Part shown: positions 17,735 to 26,813 of the stretch, one piece after another
How positions within the stretch are numbered: the stretch's first letter is position 1
Layout: each line of letters starts with the position of its first letter
DNA from: an uncultured Eubacterium sp.
GTDB taxonomy: Bacteria; Bacillota; Clostridia; Lachnospirales; Lachnospiraceae
NCBI GenBank assembly: GCA_964419645.1
Contig: CAYQRG010000001.1
Location: forward strand, 1-33,942
Direction of reading: 5' to 3'
DNA: 33,942 nucleotides
Notes under the pieces: model-generated
What the model saw: only the letters and a program-made list of their open reading frames with translations
Told to the model about the DNA's origin: nothing
The model's database searches: none
Program-made: the position numbers and the translations under genes

Positions 17735-17807
17735 AAAACACGCAGGAAAGAGGTAATACCCTCCGGGCATCCCTATATGCGTTAAAAAACACGCAGGAAA
17801 GAGGTAA
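17735..17807 (+). repeat. Dispersed structured intergenic element, copy 1, with a 22-bp direct repeat
   Basis: AAAACACGCAGGAAAGAGGTAA at 17735-17756 and 17786-17807; core CCCtccGGGCATCCCTATATGCG shared with 23336-23358. Confidence 0.8.
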
Positions 17808-17809
17808 GC

Positions 17810-18100
17810 ATGAACACAAAATCATTACCGGCTGTGCTGGCTTTAATTGCCGGATTTGCCACATGTATCATGTCATTTGTGCAGCATGTGGATACTGTAG
17901 TTTTTGCAAAGAGGTTTGTAATTGTATGCATCATCTTTTTTGCAATTGGTACAGTGATCAGTGTGATTATCCAGATGAATTTTAAGGACATGTCCGATAC
18001 CGAAGCAGATTCAGAACAGAAGGAAGGCTCTGAAGAAGGCGGTGGGACAGAAGACGATACAGACAAAGCCGAAACAACCGAAACAGCAGAAGAACAATAA
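17810..18100 (+). CDS. Small membrane protein between cheD and fliA
   Basis: Two hydrophobic helices plus acidic tail; RBS GAGGT; co-oriented with the operon. Confidence 0.8.
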   Translation: MNTKSLPAVLALIAGFATCIMSFVQHVDTVVFAKRFVIVCIIFFAIGTVISVIIQMNFKDMSDTEADSEQKEGSEEGGGTEDDTDKAETTETAEEQ

Positions 18101-18140
18101 ATATGAATAGATACGCAAAAAATGGTAACGGGGGCTTGAA

Positions 18141-18905
18141 ATGAAGATGACAGACAGGGAAAAATTATGGGAATCTTACCGAAAACATCCTTCGCCTGAA
18201 ATAAGAGAGCAGATTATTTTAGAATATGCGCCGCTGGTAAAAGTGGTGGCAGGCAGATTGAGTATGTATTTGGGATACAACGTAGAATATGATGACCTGG
18301 TAGGTTATGGAATATTTGGTTTGATTGATGCCATTGATAAATATGATGCAAAAAAAGATGTAAAATTTGAAACATATGCAAGCCTTCGTATCCGCGGATC
18401 TATTTTGGATCAAATTCGGAAAATGGATTGGATTCCAAGGACAGTCAGACAAAAGCAGAAAAAGCTAGATGAGGCGATCAAACAGATCGAAATGAAAACC
18501 GGAAGAAATGCCAGTGATGAGGAGCTTGCATTAGAACTGGGAATATCGGAAGATGAACTGGCCGTCTGGCAGTCTCAGCTAAAAGTGACGAATGTGGTTT
18601 CTTTAAACGAATATGTGGAACAGGGAAGTGAGCCGGTTATGGATGCTCACAGCAATTCTCATTTCATACAGCCGGAGGATCAGGTTCAGGAAGATGAATT
18701 AAAGCAGGTTCTAAAAGATACACTGGAGCTGTTGACCGAGAAGGAAAGAAAAGTAATAGAACTTTATTATTACGAAGAACTTACGTTAAAAGAAATCAGT
18801 AAAGTTCTGGAAGTGACTGAATCCAGAATTTCACAGTTACATACAAAAGCATTGTTGAAAATGCGTAAGAAAATGGGAACTTACATGGACGTCCTTGTTG
18901 ACTAA
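18141..18905 (+). CDS. fliA: Flagellar sigma factor sigma28 (FliA/SigD/WhiG family)
   Basis: DDLVGYGIFGLIDAIDK, FETYASLRIRGSILDQIRKMDW, LTLKEISKVLEVTESRISQLH. Confidence 0.96.
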   Translation: MKMTDREKLWESYRKHPSPEIREQIILEYAPLVKVVAGRLSMYLGYNVEYDDLVGYGIFGLIDAIDKYDAKKDVKFETYASLRIRGSILDQIRKMDWIPRTVRQKQKKLDEAIKQIEMKTGRNASDEELALELGISEDELAVWQSQLKVTNVVSLNEYVEQGSEPVMDAHSNSHFIQPEDQVQEDELKQVLKDTLELLTEKERKVIELYYYEELTLKEISKVLEVTESRISQLHTKALLKMRKKMGTYMDVLVD

Positions 18906-20515
18906 TGGGGGATTATATGGAAAACAGAAACAGTTACTTTAAGCCGGTAGTAGAACAGGATAGCCTTTATCTTGAAATTATTCCTGCTATGGAAGGCGGA
19001 AAAGACCTTGATACCAAAGAGGTAATGACATACCTTTCCGGTCAGGGATATCATGATTATGATATGAAGAAATTGAATACGGCAATTGCCAGCGGTGTAC
19101 GGGAAAAGGTATATATCGGCAGAAGTATGGGCAAAGTGTTCCATGAAAAGGTGGATATTTCCCTATCACTGGATAATATGTTAGTCCGCTGTAAATTTTA
19201 TCCTCCTTCAGAGGGTGGAAGAAACCTTACACGGGAGGACATACAGGACGCGCTGCGGCATGAAAAGGTTGTTTATGGTGTGGATGAGGAGATCATCGGC
19301 AAGCTTATACAAAGCAGGGAATACTGCACGGAATATCTGATTGGAAAAGGGACGCCGCCTACTATGGGAAAAGACGCCCAGATTGTTTATTATTTTTCCA
19401 CCAGGAAAAGCTTGAAACCAAAACACAACGAAGACGGATCTGTCAATTATCACGATCTGAATATTATCAGTAAAGTGGAGGAAGGGCAGCGGCTTGCCAC
19501 GTTGATCCCGGCAGTGCCTGGAACATCTGGCAAAGATGTACTTGGGGGTGAGTTAAAGCCAAAGGAAGTACAGGATTTAAAGCTTTCCTTTGCCAACAAT
19601 ATCAGGATATCCGAAGATGGGAAAGAACTCTATTCTGAAGTGACAGGACATGCGTCTTTGGTACAGGGAAAAGTATTTGTTTCCGGTGTTTATGAAGTTC
19701 CGGCGGATGTGGATAACTCTATTGGAGATATCAATTATCCGGGAAATGTACATGTAAAGGGAAATGTAAAAAGCGGTTTTATCATCCATGCAAACGGTGA
19801 TATTATTGTGGAAGGCGTTGTGGAAGGTGCGCAGCTTTATGCCGGCGGTCAGATTATTGTAAAACGCGGTATCCATGGAATGGGCAAAGGCTTGCTCTCG
19901 GCGAAGAGTAATGTGGTCATTAAATTCATTGAAGGTGCGACTGTAAAATGCGGCGGCTATGTGGAAACGGAATCTATTATTCAAAGTTCTGTTTCTGCTA
20001 ATACAGAAGTAATCGTAAGCGGTGGAAAGGGACTGATTCGAGGCGGACATGTCAGAGTCAGCAATAAAGTTTCCGCAAAGGTGATAGGTTCAACTATGGG
20101 AATCGCCACCCATATTGAAGTGGGCACGGAACCCAAGAAGTTAGAACGTTATAACGAGCTTCAGCAGGAGGCAAAGGACATCGGCAAGAAGATTGAGCAG
20201 ATTCGTCCGATCCTGTTGAATTACAATGAAAAATTAAAAAAGGGAATTGCGCTTTCTACGGAACAGATGTATTATATGAAAACGCAGGTGGTTGCATTAA
20301 AGGCATTGCAGCAGCAGTATGCACCGATCAATGAAGAAGTGAACCGTCTGCGTATGGAGTTTATGGAGGCCGGAAGAGCTAAAGTAGAAGTACATGATAT
20401 GATATATCAGGGAGTGACAATTAAAATTTCAGAATTGTCCCTGACAACCAAAAGAGAGAGAAGTTATTGCCGTTTTTATAAAGATGGCGGTGAGATCAAA
20501 GTATCCAATCTGTAA
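18905..20515 (+). CDS. FapA family (DUF342) flagellar assembly protein
   Basis: DGSVNYHDL, DVDNSIGDINYPGNVHVKGNV beta-helix repeats, C-terminal coiled coil; follows fliA; start may be ATG 18917. Confidence 0.85.
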   Translation: MGDYMENRNSYFKPVVEQDSLYLEIIPAMEGGKDLDTKEVMTYLSGQGYHDYDMKKLNTAIASGVREKVYIGRSMGKVFHEKVDISLSLDNMLVRCKFYPPSEGGRNLTREDIQDALRHEKVVYGVDEEIIGKLIQSREYCTEYLIGKGTPPTMGKDAQIVYYFSTRKSLKPKHNEDGSVNYHDLNIISKVEEGQRLATLIPAVPGTSGKDVLGGELKPKEVQDLKLSFANNIRISEDGKELYSEVTGHASLVQGKVFVSGVYEVPADVDNSIGDINYPGNVHVKGNVKSGFIIHANGDIIVEGVVEGAQLYAGGQIIVKRGIHGMGKGLLSAKSNVVIKFIEGATVKCGGYVETESIIQSSVSANTEVIVSGGKGLIRGGHVRVSNKVSAKVIGSTMGIATHIEVGTEPKKLERYNELQQEAKDIGKKIEQIRPILLNYNEKLKKGIALSTEQMYYMKTQVVALKALQQQYAPINEEVNRLRMEFMEAGRAKVEVHDMIYQGVTIKISELSLTTKRERSYCRFYKDGGEIKVSNL

Positions 20516-20538
20516 GGTTTTAATGTGAGGTGAGGAAA

Positions 20539-20856
20539 ATGGCAGTTGGACCAGTAACATTAAACGGAATTGTACCCAGAACTCAGGATATGAGCGTGAT
20601 CAAACATCAGGAGGACAACAAACCGCTCGTAGAACAGCAGAATATTCAGACAGAGATGAAAACCCATGAAGAGAGACAGTTAAAACAAGTCAATCATGCG
20701 GATGACGCCGGTGAAAATAAAAAGAAATACGATGCCAAGGAAAAGGGCAGCAATGAATACAAAGGGCGGCAGAATAAGAAAAAGAAACCGGATGAAAAGC
20801 AACAGAATACAGTAACGCCAAGACAGTGGAGCGGCAGTTTTGATATGAAAATATAG
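20539..20856 (+). CDS. Hypothetical protein of the fla operon
   Basis: Hydrophilic ORF ending in FDMKI; RBS GAGGTGAGG; co-oriented. Confidence 0.78.
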   Translation: MAVGPVTLNGIVPRTQDMSVIKHQEDNKPLVEQQNIQTEMKTHEERQLKQVNHADDAGENKKKYDAKEKGSNEYKGRQNKKKKPDEKQQNTVTPRQWSGSFDMKI

Positions 20857-20868
20857 AGGAGAGCAGAC

Positions 20869-21573
20869 ATGATAGGAGTAGAAATTCTGTTACTGGTAAT
20901 AGGTGTCGTGTTTTTTATTGCCAGTTTCTTTATTGCTGAAAAGTTAGGACCGGGAGAATTGGAAAAAATCGGCGAACTGAGCAATGATGAAATTCAGAAA
21001 ATTATGGAAAGAGAACTTACTAAAGTAAGCGGAGAAATTGAAGGCAGAGTAGAAGAAAAAGCGGAGGAGGCTCTGGCACATTCGGAGCGTTCCATGGAAA
21101 AAGAGTGTAATGAAAAAATCATGGCAATCAGCGAATATTCTGATACGGTTATGGAGTCTATGAACAAAACCCATAATGAGATCATGTTTCTCTACAGCAT
21201 GCTGAATGATAAACATACGGAATTGACGGATTTTTCTGCAAAGCTGCAGGCATTGTCAAAAGATCTTGCCAAGAGAGATGAGGAAATTTCAGGACATTTG
21301 ACAAAGAAGGATACAAGGGAAGAAAACAGCGAGATTCAGATGCCAATTAAAGGCGAGCCTGTTATTTTTCAGACAGATATCACAGAGGATACACAGGAAA
21401 ACTTTTCCACAGAGGACAGTGTGCTTGATATGGAAGAAGCAAATCACAATGCTCAGATTTTAGCGTTACATAAAGAAGGTTATACGGCAATTGATATTGC
21501 GAGAGAGCTTGCACTTGGATTGGGAGAAGTTCAACTGGTAATCGGATTATATGAGGAGAAGAATAAGAAGTGA
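20869..21573 (+). CDS. Membrane-anchored coiled-coil protein with C-terminal HTH-like domain (DUF6115-like, possibly SwrB-like)
   Basis: N-terminal TM helix, coiled coil, ILALHKEGYTAIDIARELALGLGEVQLVIGL; RBS AGGAG. Confidence 0.75.
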   Translation: MIGVEILLLVIGVVFFIASFFIAEKLGPGELEKIGELSNDEIQKIMERELTKVSGEIEGRVEEKAEEALAHSERSMEKECNEKIMAISEYSDTVMESMNKTHNEIMFLYSMLNDKHTELTDFSAKLQALSKDLAKRDEEISGHLTKKDTREENSEIQMPIKGEPVIFQTDITEDTQENFSTEDSVLDMEEANHNAQILALHKEGYTAIDIARELALGLGEVQLVIGLYEEKNKK

Positions 21574-22187
21574 GACTGAAATATTATCTAAGAGGAGTTG
21601 GAATCGGAATCGTCATTACTACCATTATATTTATGATCTCAATTTCTCTACATAAAAACGAGACAGAACCGCAAAATGCAGCGGTAGAAAATGATAAGTC
21701 TACAACGGTTTCAGAGGCAGAAAAAAATGCGCAGAAAGAAGATGTAACCGGAACAGAAACAGAAGAAACCGAGACCGACGAGGCGGATTTGGCGGATACA
21801 CAGGGAACAGACAAGGCAGATACAAAACAGCCGGATACGAATCAATCAGACGGTTCCAAAACAGATGCAGATAACTCTGACAAAAAGAAACCGTCGGATA
21901 ATGCGACAAAAGATAATACGCCATCTGGACAGCAGCCCTCAGATAAAGAGACACAACCGAAAGATAATAAGACAGAAAAAGTACGGTTTGAGATAAAAGG
22001 CGGAGAATTTTCAGATACCGTTTGTCAAAAGCTCAAAGCAGCAGGATTAATTGATGATGCAAAGGCATTTAATGACTTTCTGGTTCAGAAAGACTACGAC
22101 AATGGGATTTTGCCTGGTGTATATGACATACCCAAAGATGCTACTTATGAAGAAATTGCAGCTTTACTGACCACAAAAGTGGAATAA
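21570..22187 (+). CDS. Membrane-anchored protein with a YceG/MltG N-terminal-like domain
   Basis: MRLKYYLRGVGIGI TM start, low-complexity T/D/E/K linker, C-term IKGG...LKAAGLIDDA..F...ILPGVYDIP. Confidence 0.7.
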   Translation: MRLKYYLRGVGIGIVITTIIFMISISLHKNETEPQNAAVENDKSTTVSEAEKNAQKEDVTGTETEETETDEADLADTQGTDKADTKQPDTNQSDGSKTDADNSDKKKPSDNATKDNTPSGQQPSDKETQPKDNKTEKVRFEIKGGEFSDTVCQKLKAAGLIDDAKAFNDFLVQKDYDNGILPGVYDIPKDATYEEIAALLTTKVE

Positions 22188-22191
22188 TGTC

Positions 22192-22220
22192 TTGCATACT
22201 GTTTGAAATTGTGGTATAGT
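22192..22220 (+). promoter_or_regulatory. sigmaA promoter for rplS
   Basis: TTGCAT-N17-TATAGT with extended -10 TG. Confidence 0.7.
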
Positions 22221-22239
22221 TTGATAGTTGTGTAAAGTA

Positions 22240-22280
22240 TGCGATGGTCCTCTGTTACAAAGGGTATTAAGAACATCGGA
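22240..22280 (+). ncRNA. Ribosomal protein L19 leader-like cis-regulatory RNA
   Basis: CGAUG(22242-46)...CAUCG(22274-78) closing stem with GUCCUCUG...AAGAAC, between the promoter and the rplS RBS; resembles the Firmicute L19_leader. Confidence 0.65.
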
Positions 22281-22298
22281 CAAATAGGAGGAAATAAA

Positions 22299-22652
22299 AT
22301 GAACGCAAATGAAATCATCAAAAACATTGAGGCAGAGCAGTTAAAAGCAGAAGTGCCGCAGTTCCATGTAGGTGATACGGTAAGGGTTTACGGTAAGATC
22401 AAAGAGGGTAACCGTGAAAGAATCCAGGTATTTGAAGGAATTGTATTGAAAAAACAGGGTGGAAGCAACCGTGAGACTTTTACAGTTCGTAAATTTTCAA
22501 ATGGTGTTGGTGTAGAAAAGACATGGCCATTACATTCTCCGAATGTGGAAAAAGTAGAGATTGTTCGTTTTGGTAAAGTCAGAAGAGCGAAGTTGAACTA
22601 CTTAAGAGGACGTACCGGAAAGTCTGCAAAGGTAAAAGAATTAGTAAGATAA
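22299..22652 (+). CDS. rplS: 50S ribosomal protein L19
   Basis: [45 protein letters not shown] before ATG 22299. Confidence 0.98.
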   Translation: MNANEIIKNIEAEQLKAEVPQFHVGDTVRVYGKIKEGNRERIQVFEGIVLKKQGGSNRETFTVRKFSNGVGVEKTWPLHSPNVEKVEIVRFGKVRRAKLNYLRGRTGKSAKVKELVR

Positions 22653-22659
22653 GAGAGAA

Positions 22660-22704
22660 AGCCGTATCTTGTTTGGGAGAATTCCAGCTGGATACGGCTG
22701 TTTT
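22660..22704 (+). terminator. Putative terminator after rplS
   Basis: AGCCGTATCT...GGATACGGCT stem followed by GTTTT. Confidence 0.6.
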
Positions 22705-22753
22705 ATCTTATGGGAGAAAAGCACACAAAAGCACGCAGGAGAAATAGGTAAGG

Positions 22754-23332
22754 ATGAGAAAAAACGGATTGCATTTTGGACAGGAAAAAAAGAAAGTCAA
22801 TATACCGCTGATCAAAGAAGTGATTGTCTGGATCTTAGAAATTGCCATTGTATTGGTCATTGCATTTGTATTCGTATATTACATTGGCCTACGCACCAGT
22901 GTGGTGGGATCGTCTATGGCGCCGACACTTGAAAATAAACAGGAGATTTTGGTCAATCGTTTTATTTATTCTGTATCTAATCCAAAGCCCAATGATGTTG
23001 TGGTATTTCTTCCAAACGGGAACGAAAAAGCCCACTATTATGTAAAACGAGTCATAGGAGTGCCGGGAGATACGGTACAGATTAAGGATGGCGCGGTCTA
23101 TGTCAATGGAGAATTATTCGAGGAGGCAGTGGAGACGGCGGCAATTTTAGATGCGGAACTGGCGGCAGATGAAATTACGTTGGGTGAAGACGAATATTTT
23201 GTGCTGGGGGATAACCGCAATACCAGCGAGGACAGCCGGTATGCCAATATCGGAAATGTAAAGAAAGAATATATTATCGGCAAAGCGTGGTTTGTGGTAT
23301 CGCCTTATAGTGAGTTTGGATTTTTGGAATAA
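22754..23332 (+). CDS. lepB: Signal peptidase I
   Basis: GSSMAPTL (catalytic Ser), YVKRVIG (Lys), GDNRNTSEDSR. Confidence 0.95.
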   Translation: MRKNGLHFGQEKKKVNIPLIKEVIVWILEIAIVLVIAFVFVYYIGLRTSVVGSSMAPTLENKQEILVNRFIYSVSNPKPNDVVVFLPNGNEKAHYYVKRVIGVPGDTVQIKDGAVYVNGELFEEAVETAAILDAELAADEITLGEDEYFVLGDNRNTSEDSRYANIGNVKKEYIIGKAWFVVSPYSEFGFLE

Positions 23333-23377
23333 GCGCCCTATGGGCATCCCTATATGCGCGGCAAAGATGCGCAGGGA
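23333..23377 (+). repeat. Dispersed structured intergenic element, copy 2
   Basis: GCGCCCtatGGGCATCCCTATATGCGCG-gcaaaga-TGCGCAGGGA; 17-nt identity GGGCATCCCTATATGCG with 17765-17781. Confidence 0.8.
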
Positions 23378-23392
23378 AAGGAAAGGAGCATT

Positions 23393-24250
23393 ATGCAGTT
23401 TCAATGGTATCCGGGGCATATGACGAAGGCGAAGCGTCAGATGCAGGAGGATTTAAAATTAATAGATCTGGTGATAGAACTTTTAGATGCAAGGATTCCT
23501 TTTTCCAGCAGGAATCCGGATATAGATGAGCTGGGAAAAAATAAAGCCCGTTTGATTTTAATGAATAAAGCAGACCTGGCAGATCCCAAAAAAACAGAGA
23601 TTTGGAGCAATTACTTTAAAAGCAAGGGTTACTTTGTGGTATGCATTGATGCCAGAAGCAAGAAAGGGATGAAGGCAATCCAGAACGAGATTATGGAGGC
23701 CTGCAAAGAAAAAATAGAACGGGATTTGCGAAGAGGGATCAAAAACCGTCCGGTGAGAGCTATGGTAGTGGGCATTCCCAATGTGGGAAAATCCACTTTT
23801 ATTAATACTTATGCAGGAAAAGCCTGTGCGAAAACAGGAAATAAGCCAGGAGTGACCAAAGGAAAACAGTGGATTCGTCTGAACAAAAATGTAGAGCTTT
23901 TGGATACGCCGGGAATTCTCTGGCCGAAATTTGAAGACCAGAAGGTGGGGCTTCATTTGGCGTTGATCGGTTCTATCAGAGATGAGATTTTAAATACCGA
24001 TGAAATGTCCCTTGCCCTTATCAAAATTCTCATGAAAGATGATCCAAAGGCAGTGGCAGCGCGGTACGAGCTGGAAGAAGAAACAGATGCAGTGGAAATC
24101 TTAAAAAGCGTTGCAAAGAATCGGGGCTGTTTGAAAAAAGGCGAAGAGTTAGATTACAGCAAAGCGGCAGCGTTGATCATTGATGAATTCCGCAGCGGAA
24201 AGATCGGCAGATTTACACTGGAATTGCCGGAGGATTGGAAATTGTCATGA
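23393..24250 (+). CDS. ylqF: Ribosome biogenesis GTPase YlqF/RbgA
   Basis: QWYPGHMTKA, DARIPFSSRNP, NKADL, GIPNVGKST, DTPG; RBS AAGGAG before ATG 23393. Confidence 0.97.
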   Translation: MQFQWYPGHMTKAKRQMQEDLKLIDLVIELLDARIPFSSRNPDIDELGKNKARLILMNKADLADPKKTEIWSNYFKSKGYFVVCIDARSKKGMKAIQNEIMEACKEKIERDLRRGIKNRPVRAMVVGIPNVGKSTFINTYAGKACAKTGNKPGVTKGKQWIRLNKNVELLDTPGILWPKFEDQKVGLHLALIGSIRDEILNTDEMSLALIKILMKDDPKAVAARYELEEETDAVEILKSVAKNRGCLKKGEELDYSKAAALIIDEFRSGKIGRFTLELPEDWKLS

Positions 24251-24921
24251 GTGAGGAAAAGAAAATCAGTCAGAAGGAATTAAAGGAGTTAAAACGTCTG
24301 CAGAAATTGGAGGCGGAAAAAGAGCGTACAGAGCAGTTAAAAGTTTATGAAAAACAGTATGCAGCTTTTGGATATGTGTGCGGAATCGATGAAGTGGGAA
24401 GGGGACCATTGGCAGGCCCCGTTGTGGCAGGAGCCGTAATACTGCCGCCGGATTGTCAGATTCTTTATATCAATGATTCCAAAAAACTCTCCGCCAAAAA
24501 AAGAGAAGAATTATATCCTATTATTATGGAAGAGGCAGTATCGGTGGGAATCGGCATGGTTTCTCCCCAGAGGATTGATGAGATTAATATTTTGCAGGCA
24601 ACCTATGAGGCAATGCGGGAGGCTATTCATAATTTGAGCGTAAAACCCGATATATTATTAAATGACGCAGTGACAATTCCGGAGGTTGCCATACGGCAAG
24701 TGCCGATTATCAAAGGGGATGCCAAGAGTATTTCCATTGGCGCTGCAAGTATTATTGCAAAAGTAACCAGAGACCGGCTCATGGAGGAATACGATAAGGT
24801 TCTTCCGGAATATGGTTTTGCATCTAACAAAGGATATGGGACAAAAGCGCATATAGAGGCTTTGAAGGCTTATGGGGCGACGCCGATTCACAGAAGATCC
24901 TTTATTCAGAAATTTATATAA
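24247..24921 (+). CDS. rnhB: Ribonuclease HII
   Basis: GIDEVGRGPLAGPV, NDSKKL, KGDAKSISIGAASIIAKVTRD, KGYGT..H. Confidence 0.97.
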   Translation: MSEEKKISQKELKELKRLQKLEAEKERTEQLKVYEKQYAAFGYVCGIDEVGRGPLAGPVVAGAVILPPDCQILYINDSKKLSAKKREELYPIIMEEAVSVGIGMVSPQRIDEINILQATYEAMREAIHNLSVKPDILLNDAVTIPEVAIRQVPIIKGDAKSISIGAASIIAKVTRDRLMEEYDKVLPEYGFASNKGYGTKAHIEALKAYGATPIHRRSFIQKFI

Positions 24922-25000
24922 CCGGTAATAGGTTATAGTAATAACTTATCCGAGGTAAGCCTGTAAACATACACAGATTTAGCTAAGTGGGAGGTAACGG

Positions 25001-26812
25001 ATGCAGATTACAGATATGCTGAACCAATATAACAGGAATATTGCAAACGGAACACAGATTGCAAACGGAACCCAGGGGATTAAACAGGTGGTATCCTCCC
25101 TTCAGGAAATGTCTGTGGGAAATGTATTTGAGGGAAGCATCAACAATATGGAAGGCGGTGTAGTGACACTTGGACTTCCGGACGGTAAGACGATTCAGGC
25201 GAGACTGGATTCCGGTGTTTCTGTCCGGGTGGGAGAGTCCATGTTTTTCCAGGTGCGCTCCAACAGTGGCAGCCAGATTGAAATCCGGCCTTTTTCCAGT
25301 GCAAGCGGCAGCAATCCCACATTGTTAAATGCCCTGAAAGCAGCAAGTCTGCCGGTGAACGGCAAAATGCTTACCATGGTCAATACCATGATGGAACAGT
25401 CCATGTCCATTGATAAACAAAGCCTGATGCATATGGCGAGATTTGTAATGGGAAACGACGGAATGGATGTTACTTCTATTGTTCAAATGGCAAAGCTTGG
25501 GATTCCCGTTACTGAAGAAATGATTGCTCAGTTTGAAAATTATAAATCAGATCAGTATGCGATTTTAGATCAGTTAGAATCGGTTATGGAAATTCTGCCG
25601 GAACAGTTAGCGGGAGGAAATTTAAGCCAGGAAGAACTGTTAGAGTTTAACCAGCAGATGCTGAAAGTCTTTCTGGGCGGACAGGAAGTGCCGGAAGACG
25701 GAAAAGTCCTGCTAAATCCTAATGAACAGATGGCAGCAGCGGAAGGTGGGGTACAGGAAGTTTCAAAGGAACTGGTATCTGAAGACGGTGCGAAAGTGAT
25801 CGTACAGGCAGCAGAGGCAGAAAATGAAAAAGTACTGTTATCCGAAGAGGGCAGAACACCTTCTGTGGAAAACGGACAGGGGGAAAAAGCAGTTCAAAAT
25901 CTGCAGGATGCGCCTGAGGGCGTGAAAGAGGCAGTCAGCAGAGAAGCGGCGGAAACGGAAACAAAAGCCGGACCAGACCTTCTGAAAAATTTATTAAATG
26001 ATACACAATTGCAGCAATTATCCGATAAACTTGGCAAAATACCCCAGCTTATAGAGAATCCTGCGCTGTTTCAGGAAGGAAAACTTTCCGGGGAACTATC
26101 TTCCAAGGAATTACTGCAGCTTTTACAACAGACATTTGCAGAAGGACATTCCTCTGACAGTAAGGCTTTGAGCGAACTGGTATCCTCCAAAGAATACCGT
26201 ACGCTGATTCGGAATGTTATGGAGCAGCAGTGGCTTTTGCGGCCGGAAGAATTAAAAACAGAGCATAAAGTAAATGAATTGTATGAAAGATTAGACCGCC
26301 AGTTGGAACAAATGGAGCGGGTATTGAAGTCTTTTGGGCAGAATACGTCTCAGTTGTCGGATACCGCCTCTAATGTAAGGGATAATATTCAGTTTATGAA
26401 TCAGCTGAATCAAGCCTATGCATATGTGCAGATTCCCCTTAAATTTGCAGGCCAGAATGCCCACAGTGATCTTTATGTCTATACGGATAAGCGGAAGATG
26501 CGGGAAAAAGACGGAGAGCTGAGCGCATTTTTGCATCTGGATCTGGATCATCTGGGCTCTACTGACGTGTCGATCAAGATGGTGCAAAAAAATGTAGCGA
26601 CGAATTTTTATCTGGCAGACGATATGTCTTACCAGCTGATTTTGGAAAATATGGAAATTTTAGAAGAACGACTGGCGAAAAAAGGCTACCAGGTGAAAAT
26701 ACAGGTAATGAATCAGGAAGAAAATGTGAATTTTGTAGAAGATATATTAAAGCAGCAGACTCCCTCGGCCGGAGGTATGGTACACAGATATTCATTTGAT
26801 GTCAGGGCGTGA
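25001..26812 (+). CDS. FliK-like flagellar hook-length control domain protein (YlqG-like position)
   Basis: C-terminal YVQIPLK...LYVY...LHLDLDHLG...V, ending FDVRA; between rnhB and a FlhB-C-like gene. Confidence 0.75.
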   Translation: MQITDMLNQYNRNIANGTQIANGTQGIKQVVSSLQEMSVGNVFEGSINNMEGGVVTLGLPDGKTIQARLDSGVSVRVGESMFFQVRSNSGSQIEIRPFSSASGSNPTLLNALKAASLPVNGKMLTMVNTMMEQSMSIDKQSLMHMARFVMGNDGMDVTSIVQMAKLGIPVTEEMIAQFENYKSDQYAILDQLESVMEILPEQLAGGNLSQEELLEFNQQMLKVFLGGQEVPEDGKVLLNPNEQMAAAEGGVQEVSKELVSEDGAKVIVQAAEAENEKVLLSEEGRTPSVENGQGEKAVQNLQDAPEGVKEAVSREAAETETKAGPDLLKNLLNDTQLQQLSDKLGKIPQLIENPALFQEGKLSGELSSKELLQLLQQTFAEGHSSDSKALSELVSSKEYRTLIRNVMEQQWLLRPEELKTEHKVNELYERLDRQLEQMERVLKSFGQNTSQLSDTASNVRDNIQFMNQLNQAYAYVQIPLKFAGQNAHSDLYVYTDKRKMREKDGELSAFLHLDLDHLGSTDVSIKMVQKNVATNFYLADDMSYQLILENMEILEERLAKKGYQVKIQVMNQEENVNFVEDILKQQTPSAGGMVHRYSFDVRA

Positions 26813-26813
26813 G

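Noticed and set aside
17735..17807. Repeat-spacer-repeat (22+29+22 nt) resembling a minimal CRISPR array
   Set aside because: Only two short repeats, no cas genes, and the 'spacer' is itself repeated at 23336-23358
22239..22298. N-terminal extension of L19 in the ORF track
   Set aside because: Overlaps the leader RNA; a good SD precedes ATG 22299
24923..24952. Hairpin ATAGGTTAT-agta-ATAACTTAT after rnhB
   Set aside because: AT-rich stem with no U-tract; cannot be called a terminator or operator from sequence alone
25040..25075. 18-bp tandem duplication (IANGTQ x2) in the FliK-like gene
   Set aside because: Two copies in a probably disordered N-terminus; no functional implication evident
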